From positions 1-64,000 of the forward strand of contig JBQLZK010000034.1 of NCBI GenBank assembly GCA_052168235.1: a stretch of DNA of 64,000 nucleotides, read 5' to 3'. Origin of the DNA: Thainema sp. GTDB taxonomy: Bacteria > Cyanobacteriota > Cyanobacteriia > Phormidesmidales > Phormidesmidaceae. Positions within the stretch are counted from its first letter, which is position 1; each line of letters starts with the position of its first letter. The position numbers and the translations under genes are program-made. The notes below the pieces were generated by a model, which saw nothing but the letters and a program-made list of their open reading frames with translations, did no database searches and was not told the DNA's origin. Shown in pieces: positions 10,507-20,874 of the stretch.

Positions 10507-11415
10507 ATGTTGAACTTAGATACCGTTGAAAAACGAGAGCGGTTCACGGGTTGGCTCCTGTTAATCCCAGCGCTGATTCTGCTCGCGCTGGTTTTCGCCT
10601 ACCCCATTGGCCGCGCCTTCGTGCTCAGTTTATTCACCGAAAACCTGGGCACTAACCTACAGCCCGAATTTTCTGGATTGAACAACTACGTCCGGATGGC
10701 GGGCGATGGTCGGTTCTGGGCCAGTATCTGGAACACGACCGTCTTTACCTTTTTTGCCATTGTGCTGGAGTTAACCCTCGGCATGGCGATCGCACTGGTG
10801 CTGAATCGCGCCTTTCGCGGTCGGGGCGCAGTACGAACGATTGCCATTTTGCCTTGGGCGCTGCCCACCGCGCTGATCGCCCTCACCTGGACGTGGATTT
10901 TTAACGACCAGTTCGGCGTTTGGAATGACATTCTGCTGCGGCTGGGCATTATCGATCAGTCCATTAACTGGCTGGGCAACCCCACACTGGCGCTAATGGC
11001 CACGATTGCGGCAGATGTCTGGAAAACCACGTCGTTTGTGGCGATTTTGCTGCTGGCGGGTCTGCAATCCATTTCAGAAGATTTGTACGAAGCTCATGCC
11101 ATCGACGGAGCCTCCCCCTGGCAAAGCTTCCGCCAGATCACCTTACCGCTCCTGATGCCGCAGATTTTGATTGCCACTCTGTTCCGCTTTGCCCAGTCCT
11201 TCGGCATTTTTGACCTGATTCAGGTGATGACGGGCGGCGGGCCAGCCGGGGCAACCGAAATGGTTTCGCTCTATATCTATGCCACCGTCATGCGCTATCT
11301 GGACTTTGGCTATGGTGCAGCGTTGGTGGTTGTGACCTTTTTAGTCCTGATCATTGCAGTTGCGATCGCAGCTTGGCTGATTTCCAAAGTTCGTAAGCAG
11401 GCAGCAGGAGTATAA
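10507..11415 (+). CDS. carbohydrate ABC transporter permease
   Basis: EAA loop LYEAHAIDGASPWQSFRQITLP; multiple TM segments. Confidence 0.92.
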   Translation: MLNLDTVEKRERFTGWLLLIPALILLALVFAYPIGRAFVLSLFTENLGTNLQPEFSGLNNYVRMAGDGRFWASIWNTTVFTFFAIVLELTLGMAIALVLNRAFRGRGAVRTIAILPWALPTALIALTWTWIFNDQFGVWNDILLRLGIIDQSINWLGNPTLALMATIAADVWKTTSFVAILLLAGLQSISEDLYEAHAIDGASPWQSFRQITLPLLMPQILIATLFRFAQSFGIFDLIQVMTGGGPAGATEMVSLYIYATVMRYLDFGYGAALVVVTFLVLIIAVAIAAWLISKVRKQAAGV

Positions 11416-11417
11416 CC

Positions 11418-12305
11418 ATGACAACCACAATACCCCAAACCAACACTGCGCCAGCCCACGATCGGCCCAAAGTGACGATCAAGGGCATGCTGCTGACAAT
11501 CTGCGTCATCTTAGTTATCGTGTTCAGCCTCGCGCCTGTCCTGTGGCAGTTGCTGACCTCGTTTAAGACCAACGACGCGATTTCGGCAGTTCCCAACGTC
11601 TATTTCCCCGGCCCCGATCAGCTCACGCTGGATCACTATCTGGATCTGTTTCGGCGGCGGCCCTTCCACCTGTACATGTTCAACAGTGCGCTGGTGTCGA
11701 TTATTTCCACCCTGTTGTGCCTGGCGCTGGGTGCGCCTGCTGCCTATGCCCTGGCGCGGCTCAAACTACAAGGGGAACGGGTCATTGTCACGCTGGTGCT
11801 CGTCGTGACGCTATTCCCCTACATCCTGCTGTTTTTGGGCCTGCTGGAAATTGTGCAGGCACTGGGATTGGCCAACAACTATCTGGCGCTGATCATTCCC
11901 TACACCGCCATCAACCTGCCGCTGACCATTTTGGTGATGCGCAGTTTCTTTCAGCAGCTGCCGAAAGATCTAGAAGATGCGGCCAAAGTCGATGGCTACA
12001 GCATTTGGCAAACCCTGACGCAAATCGTGCTGCCCATGACGCTGCCAGCCCTAGTCACGACGGGTATTCTGACATTTATCTTTGCCTGGAATGAGTTTAT
12101 TTTTGCACTCACCTTCATGACGGCAGAAACCAAGAAAACCATTCCGGTGGCAGCAGCTCAAATCGGCGGCTCCTCAGTTTTTGAAATTCCCTATGGCCCA
12201 ATTGCAGCTGCAACAGTGCTGGGTACGTTGCCCCTGGTGCTGCTGGTGCTGTTCTTCCAGCGCAAGATTGTCCAGGGTCTGACCTCCGGCGCGGTTAAGG
12301 GTTAA
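11418..12305 (+). CDS. carbohydrate ABC transporter permease
   Basis: EAA loop LEDAAKVDG; FAWNEF; ends GLTSGAVKG. Confidence 0.92.
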   Translation: MTTTIPQTNTAPAHDRPKVTIKGMLLTICVILVIVFSLAPVLWQLLTSFKTNDAISAVPNVYFPGPDQLTLDHYLDLFRRRPFHLYMFNSALVSIISTLLCLALGAPAAYALARLKLQGERVIVTLVLVVTLFPYILLFLGLLEIVQALGLANNYLALIIPYTAINLPLTILVMRSFFQQLPKDLEDAAKVDGYSIWQTLTQIVLPMTLPALVTTGILTFIFAWNEFIFALTFMTAETKKTIPVAAAQIGGSSVFEIPYGPIAAATVLGTLPLVLLVLFFQRKIVQGLTSGAVKG

Positions 12306-12441
12306 AAGCTGAAAACGTTCTTCCACAGTCCTAGAGCACGATCCGAGGGAGCAGGGGAGCAACGATCTCTGATCTTTCAAACTGGTCTTTCAAACTGGAA
12401 GCGGCTACAGATATTTACGCTGAAACTACGTTAAAACCACT

Positions 12442-13536
12442 ATGTCTAAACTTGAAATCAAAAACCTCAACAAAACCTATGGCCCTGGCATTGTGCCAGT
12501 TAAAAATATTTCCCTATCGGTCGATGAAGGCGAATTCCTGACGCTGCTGGGGCCATCCGGCTGTGGTAAATCCACCACGCTGCGCCTGATCGCCGGACTA
12601 GAACAGCCCACCCGTGGTGACATCTTTATCGGCGGCAAACGGGTGACATCCGTGCAAGCGGGCGATCGCAACATTGCAATGGTGTTCCAGAGCTATGCGC
12701 TCTATCCCCACATGACTGTCTATGACAACATGGCCTCCGGCTTGAAGCTGCGCAAGATGCCCAGTGATGAGATTAAACGTCGGGTTCGCGAGGCCTCTCA
12801 GCTCTTAGGTCTAGAAAATCTATTCGACCGTAAGCCCAGCAACCTGTCCGGTGGTCAGCGCCAGCGGGTCGCTCTGGGTCGGGCACTGGTGCGGAATCCC
12901 GATGTGTTCCTACTGGATGAACCGCTGAGTAACCTAGACGCACTGCTGCGGGAACAGGTGCGGGCTGACCTGAAGCAGCTCTTCGAAACCCAGCAAGCGC
13001 CAGTGGTTTACGTCACCCACGACCAGGTGGAAGCGATGACGCTTTCCAGTAAAGTGGCCGTTTTGTACGAAGGCGATGTGCAGCAGCTCGACCCACCCGA
13101 ACGGATTTACACCCATCCCGCCAATCGGTTTGTGGCAGGCTTTATCGGCAGTCCGCAAATGAATATCTGGAACCTGCCGATTGATGGCGGCAAGGCCATG
13201 CTGGGCAAGTTTGGCTTCCCCGTGCCCGATGCCGTCCGTTCTGCGCCGGAGGTGCTGCTGGGAATTCGCCCAGAACATATCCGGCTGGCTAGTCCTGATG
13301 ATGCCTATACTGTGCGCGGCAAGGTTTTTCTGGTTGAAAATCTGGGCATGAGCAATTTGCTCAGTGTCCATGTAGAAGATTCCAATTACACCATTCGAGC
13401 ATTATTGCCAGCGGAGCATCGGTGGGGTGGTGAAGAGGTGGCACTTGCGATCGCACCTCGGATGATTCACTGGTTCGACAGCAACACCGAAGCTCGCATT
13501 CCTGAAACGGAGAAAGAACACGCCGTCGTATCCTAA
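12442..13536 (+). CDS. carbohydrate ABC transporter ATP-binding protein (MalK/MsmK-like)
   Basis: Walker A GPSGCGKS, LSGGQ, LLDEPLSNLD, C-terminal TOBE-like region. Confidence 0.95.
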   Translation: MSKLEIKNLNKTYGPGIVPVKNISLSVDEGEFLTLLGPSGCGKSTTLRLIAGLEQPTRGDIFIGGKRVTSVQAGDRNIAMVFQSYALYPHMTVYDNMASGLKLRKMPSDEIKRRVREASQLLGLENLFDRKPSNLSGGQRQRVALGRALVRNPDVFLLDEPLSNLDALLREQVRADLKQLFETQQAPVVYVTHDQVEAMTLSSKVAVLYEGDVQQLDPPERIYTHPANRFVAGFIGSPQMNIWNLPIDGGKAMLGKFGFPVPDAVRSAPEVLLGIRPEHIRLASPDDAYTVRGKVFLVENLGMSNLLSVHVEDSNYTIRALLPAEHRWGGEEVALAIAPRMIHWFDSNTEARIPETEKEHAVVS

Positions 13537-13538
13537 TC

Positions 13539-13585
13539 AAACAAGCAGTGAAAGACTGACTAAGTCAGTCTTTCACTGCTTGTTT
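13539..13585. terminator. terminator hairpin after the sugar ABC operon
   Basis: Perfect 22-bp inverted repeat AAACAAGCAGTGAAAGACTGAC. Confidence 0.75.
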
Positions 13586-13646
13586 CGGCGCAGGGTTTAG
13601 AGATCTAGGTTTTATTACGCCCAGGTATTAATAGTCGGTAGCAAAT

Positions 13647-13700
13647 TCCGGATAAAAGCTGTAATTGACGCAGATAACACCTAAATGGGTTCCAAACTCA
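13647..13700 (+). promoter_or_regulatory. DIF1-like promoter (TCCGGA at -35) with an imperfect inverted repeat
   Basis: TCCGGA at 13647-13652, 17-nt spacer, then GCAGA; TGGGTT-CCA-AACTCA at 13686-13700; lies upstream of hetZ. Confidence 0.45.
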
Positions 13701-13879
13701 AAAAAATTTAGATTCACTAAATATACTTAATCCATCTATAAAGTTGTAGTTAAGAACCCGCAGAACCACTGTAGTCATTCGGTTCAGCCTCCAGTAGGAT
13801 AAGCAATAGATCAAGGGGTGCTATTGCTTCATCAGAAAAGATTATGTAGACCATCAGGGCGATTGCCTTCCTACTGAAC

Positions 13880-15019
13880 GTGGAAGCTATTTTGCAAACA
13901 CTCCTTAATGAATTACAGCAAGCGACGGGCGCTTCTGAGCAAAGCTGTCAGGCTGTTGCCCAGCGGCTTTATGCCGAGGTGCAACGCGTTTGTACTGAAA
14001 GCCATCGCATTCAAACATCTGGCGATATCGAATCTTGGGCGCGATCGCTCATTCGTCATCGTCGCGATCAGTGCCTCAAGTATTATAAATTGGGTTCCCG
14101 GCAAGGGCGTGTTGAGCTGCACAGTACGCTCAGCGCCATTGTCTATCGCTATATGTCACCGCCCCAAGTGCGGTCGAGCTATCAAGCTCGCTTGACGATC
14201 ATTGAAGATTTTCTACAAGGATTCTACCTGGAAACCTTGAATGCGTTTCGGCGTGAGAATCAGATGCCGGACGATTATTGTCCTCGCACGCTGCTAGAGC
14301 TGAGTGAGTACATGGCGTTTAGCGAACGCTATGGCAAGCGGCGGATTCCGTTACCGGGTCGCCGCAGCCAGCAGATCATTATCTTACGCGCCAAAACGTT
14401 TTCTAAGCAGCAGCCACCGGAACTGTCAATTGATTTAGAACAAGCCACCGAAGCAGGCACAGATGACGACCAGCCGCGCAGTGCAGCTTCAGCACAGCGC
14501 GTTCGGGAGCAGATTGTCGCGCAGGCACCCGAGCCAGCCGGAAACGCCCTGCGCGATCGCGTGATTCAAGAACTTGTGGACTACTTGCGAGAGCGCAATC
14601 AGGAAGACTGTGCCGCCTATTTTGAACTGCGGCTGCAAGACCAATCAGCTCAGGAAATTGAACAAGCTCTAAATCTGAATCCGCGTCAGCGAGACTATTT
14701 GCAGCAGCGGTTTAAGTACCACTTGACTCGCTTCGCCCTGTCTCACCATTGGGAACTAGTGCATCAGTGGCTTGAAGCGGATTTAGAGCGCAACCTAGGA
14801 TTAACGCCTGAAGAATGGCGACAGTTTCAGGCGGAACTGCAAGAACCACAACAGCAATTGCTGGCCTTAAAATTATCTGGGTTAGAAGATGCTGAAATTT
14901 TACGGGAGCTTGGTTGTACTGCAACCCAGCTTCAGCGACAATGGTCGAAACTTCTAGAGCAAGCTTGGGACATTAGAAATTGCTCAATGTCCGGAGCAGG
15001 GATATTAGGTGATGAATAG
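13880..15019 (+). CDS. hetZ: HetZ family transcriptional regulator
   Basis: Motifs EVQRVC.ES.RIQ.SG, YY.LGSRQGRVELHSTLSAIVYRY, RRSQQIIILRA, QRDYLQQRFKYH. Confidence 0.85.
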   Translation: MEAILQTLLNELQQATGASEQSCQAVAQRLYAEVQRVCTESHRIQTSGDIESWARSLIRHRRDQCLKYYKLGSRQGRVELHSTLSAIVYRYMSPPQVRSSYQARLTIIEDFLQGFYLETLNAFRRENQMPDDYCPRTLLELSEYMAFSERYGKRRIPLPGRRSQQIIILRAKTFSKQQPPELSIDLEQATEAGTDDDQPRSAASAQRVREQIVAQAPEPAGNALRDRVIQELVDYLRERNQEDCAAYFELRLQDQSAQEIEQALNLNPRQRDYLQQRFKYHLTRFALSHHWELVHQWLEADLERNLGLTPEEWRQFQAELQEPQQQLLALKLSGLEDAEILRELGCTATQLQRQWSKLLEQAWDIRNCSMSGAGILGDE

Positions 15020-16085
15020 AGACTCAGAAGCAGCAGAGAGTTTACTTCGGTGGCTCTTACAGTCCCCTCACGATTATCCAGATAGGTCATCAGGGGCAGA
15101 TGCCGACAGGGATAGTGAATCCTTGTTCGCTGAGGAGGCTGAGCTGCCGTCACACGAATCATGGGATCCACTGGATTCAGAAGATTTGAGTGATCATTTA
15201 CCGTCTCGTTTGGGATTTCACATTCCAGATGAAGGCGCGGAATCCTCATCACTTGCGTCGGGAGAAAACTTTACAGTGAAACATCATGTGTATGCCCTGC
15301 TCAAACGTCGTTTGAGAATTGAAATTGCACGAAAGCCCCCCTTATTTCCTTGGGAAAAAGAAATTCAAGACTATCCGCTAGACTATGCAGACTGCGTAGA
15401 AGCAGAAGCGGTTCCTGCCATCTTTTGGGAGTCCCAACTGCGGGAATTTCAGTGGCCAGTGGCGCTACCAGCTTCGGTCATGGCAATTTTGATTGAGCGG
15501 GCGCAAGCGGCAATCCAAACCTCTATGAAGTCTGGTCTAAAACTGGTTCAGGTGGTTGAAACCCTGTTTCCAGATGAGCTGCCTACCCTCAACCATTTAG
15601 CTGGTGCGGTGCTAATGTCTCCTAATCGGTCTGGACTATCCAGCCTCTCAGCGACAGAACTACCCTCCAGCTACGAGGATGCGGCTCCGGTACAGCAGAT
15701 GGTATTGTCCCTGCTCGCCGCTCGCGATTTGTTGGACACGCTCACGTTCAAACTCTCGCCAGAACAGCCCCTGCTGGAGCGGCAGTGGCAAACCTCAGTG
15801 GGTGAGATCAAGCTGCAGCTGCAGTACAGTCCTCAGCAACTGACAGTAGACGCTGAACTTCCTACAGGTGGACGAATCTGCTTGGTCAATAGCGCTAATG
15901 ACGTGCGCGATCGCAACTTCGACTCTGCGGTTCTGGCCACACAGCGAGAGGATGCGGGTACACTAAACTTAGTCCTTACTGCCCCCCCAAATCCATCCCT
16001 GCACTACTTTGATTTGATTCTGTCGTCGTCTGATCCATCACCGATTCGGTTTGCGATTCAGATTGGCCCAGATGAAACCCTATAG
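15012..16085 (+). CDS. patU: PatU family protein (PatU5 and PatU3 regions in one ORF)
   Basis: DPLDSE and LLKRRL..EI...PPLFPWE motifs; overlaps the hetZ stop codon. Confidence 0.75.
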   Translation: MNRDSEAAESLLRWLLQSPHDYPDRSSGADADRDSESLFAEEAELPSHESWDPLDSEDLSDHLPSRLGFHIPDEGAESSSLASGENFTVKHHVYALLKRRLRIEIARKPPLFPWEKEIQDYPLDYADCVEAEAVPAIFWESQLREFQWPVALPASVMAILIERAQAAIQTSMKSGLKLVQVVETLFPDELPTLNHLAGAVLMSPNRSGLSSLSATELPSSYEDAAPVQQMVLSLLAARDLLDTLTFKLSPEQPLLERQWQTSVGEIKLQLQYSPQQLTVDAELPTGGRICLVNSANDVRDRNFDSAVLATQREDAGTLNLVLTAPPNPSLHYFDLILSSSDPSPIRFAIQIGPDETL

Positions 16086-16098
16086 AAACGTTTTTAGT

Positions 16099-16137
16099 TT
16101 TCTGTAAAAGTCTCGTGATGCGGGACTTTTACAGAAA
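16099..16137. terminator. terminator-like hairpin after patU
   Basis: TTTCTGTAAAAGTC...GACTTTTACAGAAA. Confidence 0.6.
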
Positions 16138-16263
16138 GCCTGCCTAGGTGCGGCCTAGATGTGGCTAGATTACTAAATTGCCAGATTGAAGAAGGTGTCA
16201 CGGTTGGATGTTTGGGGGTAGGTCGTAAGCGATCGCAGTTCTTGAACCTGTACTTCAACCACT

Positions 16264-18564
16264 ATGCCAGTTGCGGATCGTTCCACCCGTTCAGACGCCA
16301 AGCGTAGTTCATTGCAACAAGCTCTAGATGACCTACAGCAGCGGCTTCAGCCTACTGAACCGACTCAGACTGAAGACTCCATCACGCTGCGAGTGCTGGT
16401 GCAACTGCTCGTTATCGTCGGGATTCTGTCCATTACTGTGGCTTCGGCTGGCGTCACTAGTACTTCACTGCTCAACTTGCTGGCCATTCCGTTCAGCGCC
16501 ATTGGTGCCGTGTGGAGCTGGTATCGTCGCCATCAGCGCAATGTGATTGTCAAATTCTGCATTGCCATTGGCATGCTGCTAGCACTCGGGCTGTTTTTTA
16601 TGCGCCTATGGGCTGAACCGGGTGACACGCGTATTCTATTGGCCGAACTGCTGATCCATCTTCAGGTTCTACACAGCTTTGATTTGCCGCGCCGGAAGGA
16701 TTTAGGCTACTCGATCACGATTGGTCTCATTCTCCTAGGCGTAGCCGCGACGATTAGCCAAACTTTTACCTTTGCCCCACTGCTGCTTATCTTTTTAGCG
16801 ATCGCACTGCCGGTTCTGGTACTGGACTATCGATCGCGCATTAATTTACTGAAGCAGGGCTGGCAACCGCTGAAAACAAATCTATCTATTCGCCGCCTGC
16901 TTATCATGCTGGCGATTACGCTGGGGCTGGGACTGCTGATTTTCGCATTCTTGCCACGCCTACCCGGATATCAGCTCGAAACCTATCCAGTTAGCTCCAC
17001 AATTGACTTCAAGGGCAGTTTTGATGGTCGTGGCATTAATAATCCGGGCTATGTTCAAGAGGGAGGAGAAGGCAGCGGGTCTGGCGGCCTTAATTCGTCT
17101 AGATTAGAAGGCCCCGGTGTAGCAGATTCTCGCTTTTACTATGGGTTTAATCAGCGGGTCAACCTGAATCTGCGCGGTGAGCTAAAGCCTGAGATTCTAA
17201 TGCGAGTGCGATCGCAGGCCGCCGGCTTCTGGCGAGTGCTGGCGATGGATCGCTATACAGGCCAGGGCTGGGAAATTTCGCGGAATGACAATACGTTTAA
17301 GCTGGATCGCTCCAGATGGTCTTATCGCTTTACAGTGCCACAAAAGTCCTCTATTTTACCGACCCAGGATGTCGTTCAGACCTACACAATGGTGACGGAC
17401 TTTGTGAATCTGATTCCGGCCCTCTATGAGCCAGAGCATCTTTATTTTCCGACCGAGCAGATTGCAGTCGATGCGGAAGGTGGCTTGAGATCACCTCTGA
17501 TTCTGACGCCAGGCTTAACCTATACGGTTATTTCCGAGGTGCCAATTCGCGATCGCACCGCACTGGGTCAGGCAAGTACCGACTATTCTGAATCTATCCG
17601 CAACCACTATCTGCAAATTCCGGCTGACATTCGCGATCGCATCCGCCAGAAAGCTCTGGAATTGCTGGCTGAATCTGAACAGCCCATCACTAAACCCTAT
17701 GAGCAAGCGCTTTACCTAGCCCAAGCCCTCAAACAGCAGTACGAAATTCAGCCCGACATGCCGTTTTTGGAGGCGGATGAGGATTTAGTTGAAGCGTTTT
17801 TATTCAAATACAACGGTGGTTATCCGGATCATTTTTCCACCGTGCTCACCGTCATGCTGCGCTCGCTTGGCATCCCCGCCCGGTTAGTCATGGGCTTCGC
17901 GCCCGGTGAGTTCAATCCCTTCACAGGCTACTACGTGGTGCGAAACACCGACGCGTACGCCATGACAGAGGTGTATTTCCCTCAATTAGGCTGGTTTGCT
18001 TTCGACCCCATTCCGGGGCATGAAGTGGTTCCTGTTTCCATTGAAGATCGGGAAACGTTCAGCACGCTGCAACAGATCTGGAGCTGGGTCGCAGGCTGGT
18101 TGCCCTCGCCAGTTGCAGGCTTTTTAGGGGCCATCTTCAGCACGATTGGTAACATACTGACCTGGTTCATTCAGCTCTTTTCCAACGGCTGGGTCGGCAT
18201 CCTCACTGGCCTCGGCATTACCACGCTACTGGGGCTAGCTGGTTGGCTGCTGTGGGGACTCTGGCAGGACTGGCGCGATCGCAGATGGCTAGCCAAACTA
18301 CCACCGATGGAGCGTCTGTATCAGCAAATGGTGCGATCGCTGACTCACATTGGCTATCCCAAATCTCCCATTCAAACGCCGCTGGAATATGCCCAAAAAG
18401 CCCATACCCACGTCAACACCGAACGCGCCAACATCATTGAAGAAATCTCCCAAGCCTATGTCCAGTGGCGCTACGGCGGCTACAACCCTGATTTGAACCA
18501 CTTGCAGGAACGATTAAAATCACTGCGTCGCCGCTCGTCGGCCAAGTCTAAACAGCCCTCATAA
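16264..18564 (+). CDS. TgpA-like membrane protein (DUF3488 + transglutaminase-like + DUF4129), catalytic residues substituted
   Basis: Multi-TM N-terminus; LRSLGIPARLVMGF; GW..FDP; QTPLEYA. Confidence 0.85.
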   Translation: MPVADRSTRSDAKRSSLQQALDDLQQRLQPTEPTQTEDSITLRVLVQLLVIVGILSITVASAGVTSTSLLNLLAIPFSAIGAVWSWYRRHQRNVIVKFCIAIGMLLALGLFFMRLWAEPGDTRILLAELLIHLQVLHSFDLPRRKDLGYSITIGLILLGVAATISQTFTFAPLLLIFLAIALPVLVLDYRSRINLLKQGWQPLKTNLSIRRLLIMLAITLGLGLLIFAFLPRLPGYQLETYPVSSTIDFKGSFDGRGINNPGYVQEGGEGSGSGGLNSSRLEGPGVADSRFYYGFNQRVNLNLRGELKPEILMRVRSQAAGFWRVLAMDRYTGQGWEISRNDNTFKLDRSRWSYRFTVPQKSSILPTQDVVQTYTMVTDFVNLIPALYEPEHLYFPTEQIAVDAEGGLRSPLILTPGLTYTVISEVPIRDRTALGQASTDYSESIRNHYLQIPADIRDRIRQKALELLAESEQPITKPYEQALYLAQALKQQYEIQPDMPFLEADEDLVEAFLFKYNGGYPDHFSTVLTVMLRSLGIPARLVMGFAPGEFNPFTGYYVVRNTDAYAMTEVYFPQLGWFAFDPIPGHEVVPVSIEDRETFSTLQQIWSWVAGWLPSPVAGFLGAIFSTIGNILTWFIQLFSNGWVGILTGLGITTLLGLAGWLLWGLWQDWRDRRWLAKLPPMERLYQQMVRSLTHIGYPKSPIQTPLEYAQKAHTHVNTERANIIEEISQAYVQWRYGGYNPDLNHLQERLKSLRRRSSAKSKQPS

Positions 18565-18581
18565 ATGCTGTATAGATTCTG

Positions 18582-18630
18582 TTGCTGTTGATGCTTGCAA
18601 CTTTGAGATGCAAGCATCAACAGCAAAAAA
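18582..18630. terminator. terminator-like hairpin
   Basis: TTGCTGTTGATGCTTGCA...TGCAAGCATCAACAGCAA. Confidence 0.55.
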
Positions 18631-18730
18631 GCAGATAACGTTGCGATCGCAATTGAGCTCACTCCAAAGCTAGTCGTCAAGTTTGCTAGGATTGGCTACA
18701 TTCAGGCATAGTCGCTATAGTTTTCCAGCA

Positions 18731-19327
18731 ATGAAATTCTTCACCAAACCTGAACCCGACCAGCGCGATCGCGTTCCCCCCGGCCAGCATCTCGCCAAGG
18801 GATTTCCCGTCTTAACCTACGGTCAGACACCGGAGATTTCATTTGAAGCTTGGGAATTCAAAATTTGGGGGCTGGTAGACGAGCGAACATTTACCTGGCA
18901 AGACTTCCTTGACCTGCCGCAGAGTGACTTCACTGCTGATTTTCACTGCGTTACCACCTGGTCCAAACTGGACGTGAAATGGACAGGAGTCAAAGTCACT
19001 GACTTCATGCAAGCGATTCAAGTTGACCCCAAAGCTACTCACATTCAGCAGCACTGCTACGGCGGATACACCACCAATTTGACACTGGATGATTTTGTGC
19101 GGGAAGAAAACTTCTTTGCCCATACGCTGTTTGGCGAACCGCTGCCGCCAGAGCATGGTGGCCCTATGCGAACGGTCATTCCCCACCTATACGCCTGGAA
19201 AAGCGCCAAGTGGATCAACGGCATTGAATTTTTAGACCACGAAGAACTCGGCTTCTGGGAGCGCAATGGCTATCACCGACGCGGCGAACCTTGGGCGGAA
19301 GAGCGCTATAGTAGCCGATTCTTCTAG
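18731..19327 (+). CDS. sulfite oxidase-like molybdopterin oxidoreductase
   Basis: RVPPGQ, DFHCVTTWS (Mo-ligand Cys), EHGGP.R, YAWKSAKW, GFWERNGYH. Confidence 0.9.
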   Translation: MKFFTKPEPDQRDRVPPGQHLAKGFPVLTYGQTPEISFEAWEFKIWGLVDERTFTWQDFLDLPQSDFTADFHCVTTWSKLDVKWTGVKVTDFMQAIQVDPKATHIQQHCYGGYTTNLTLDDFVREENFFAHTLFGEPLPPEHGGPMRTVIPHLYAWKSAKWINGIEFLDHEELGFWERNGYHRRGEPWAEERYSSRFF

Positions 19328-19375
19328 CGTATCTGTCGCTAGTTATGGCTACTTGACGACTACTTGAATAGTGGC

Positions 19376-19417
19376 ATCAGAGTCGATGGGCGTTGCCTAC
19401 CGACTCTGATTTTCTTT
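19376..19417 (+). terminator. intrinsic terminator
   Basis: ATCAGAGTCG...CGACTCTGAT followed by TTTCTTT. Confidence 0.65.
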
Positions 19418-19446
19418 CCTACTCCTTTTGGCCGCGCCGCGTTGCA

Positions 19447-20874
19447 TTACTCTGCGGCTGCAATGTCAACCGGAGCATCCATGATGATAGCTTTGAAGGG
19501 AATGACACCGGACTTTTCGCTGCCTAAACATTGAGCTGCTCGATGAGACAGGTCTAGGTTGCGATTCTCAATGTAAGGCCCTCGATCGTTAATGCGGACA
19601 ATTAAGGACTTATTGTTTTCGAGATTGGTGACTTTTAAGTAGGTGTCAAATGGCAAAGAAGGATGGGCGGCGGTCAGCTCCCCTTTGTCAAATATTTCTC
19701 CGGTTGCTGTGAGCCGACCGTGAAACCAGGGGCCATACCAAGAGGCGCGACCTTCTATCTGCCGTGATGTTTCTTGGAGGTCATACATGTCTGCCTGTAT
19801 TTGAGCAACATCCAGTGGTGCACCGTGAAAGATCTTGCGCAGGTGGTTGAGCCAGTCAATCGCTAACAGCGTATTGTCATTGCTAAAGGCTTGAGCTAAT
19901 TCATCGGTGACAACGAGCAGTGGTTCCCCATCTAGCGCATCCTTGATATAGATAGCGGGCTGATCCTGAAACAAGCGCAGCTGAAATCGTTCTGGCTCAA
20001 GCGACGTACTCTCTGCCAAGACGGTACGCAGTTTTTGAGCAACCGCTTCAGCCTGCTCTGCATCCATCAGATTGAGTGCAACTTGCTTTCCGACCCAGAC
20101 CTGGAATAGCTGTGAGTTCTGAGGCAACGTGGAACGATGGGCACACGTGACATGCTCTGACTGTTCTGTAAGAGCGGGTGCTGATGCTGTAGCGACGGTC
20201 GATGATTTTGATGCCTTGACGATGATTGGGGTATAAAGCGTATGAGGCTTGAAGCGTTCTGCAGATCTCGTGCGGTTGGCTGGCGAGGTTGCGGATGAAG
20301 CAGATTTGTTGTCAGTTGTCGTATCCGCTGCTGATTTTTTACTAGATAAATCTTGATTGGCCGATCGGGGTTGCGATTGATGGATCACACTAGATGAAGC
20401 GGATTTCTCAACAGAATCAGGCCTCGTTTTAGCTGAGTCAATAAGGTGTGCTCCAGCTGAGTGGAGCCAAGTTTCAGAGTGTTTGGCTAGCTGATCAGGC
20501 TGAAACTGTACGTCCCTGCCTGTAATCAGTTCAGTTTGTTCCGTAGCAAGTTCAACAACAGCGGATAGGGTATCCCAATGGGAGGGAGAATGAGCCGGAC
20601 GGGGATCGACGTCGGCTGGTGCAGCAGACATTGTCTGGACTGATGCTGATGTAGCTTTGCTTGATGTCGTTTTAACTGAGGAAACGGTGTGCGCTAGTAC
20701 AGCAGGAATGGAAGTTGAAAGATCAGCAATAAAACTAGCCGTTTTTGCCTGTTCATTATTTGCCTGTTCATTAAAAGTTGAGGTTAAAGAGCCCCTGGAT
20801 ATATCAAGCTGATACGGCTTGATTCCGGAGTCACTTTCGATCGATGCAACCAAAACAAGCTCAAAAAAGCTCAT
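19447..20874 (-). CDS. rlpA: RlpA family septal ring lytic transglycosylase
   Basis: C-terminal DPBB domain G.ASWYGP.FHGRLTATGE, LTAAHPSLPF, RINDRGPY; N-terminus is Ser/Thr-rich and its start is uncertain. Confidence 0.85.
   Translation of the reverse strand: MSFFELVLVASIESDSGIKPYQLDISRGSLTSTFNEQANNEQAKTASFIADLSTSIPAVLAHTVSSVKTTSSKATSASVQTMSAAPADVDPRPAHSPSHWDTLSAVVELATEQTELITGRDVQFQPDQLAKHSETWLHSAGAHLIDSAKTRPDSVEKSASSSVIHQSQPRSANQDLSSKKSAADTTTDNKSASSATSPANRTRSAERFKPHTLYTPIIVKASKSSTVATASAPALTEQSEHVTCAHRSTLPQNSQLFQVWVGKQVALNLMDAEQAEAVAQKLRTVLAESTSLEPERFQLRLFQDQPAIYIKDALDGEPLLVVTDELAQAFSNDNTLLAIDWLNHLRKIFHGAPLDVAQIQADMYDLQETSRQIEGRASWYGPWFHGRLTATGEIFDKGELTAAHPSLPFDTYLKVTNLENNKSLIVRINDRGPYIENRNLDLSHRAAQCLGSEKSGVIPFKAIIMDAPVDIAAAE

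Noticed and set aside
13586..16260. PatS/PatX-like RGSGR peptide near hetZ-patU
   Set aside because: No small ORF with that pentapeptide was found by eye.
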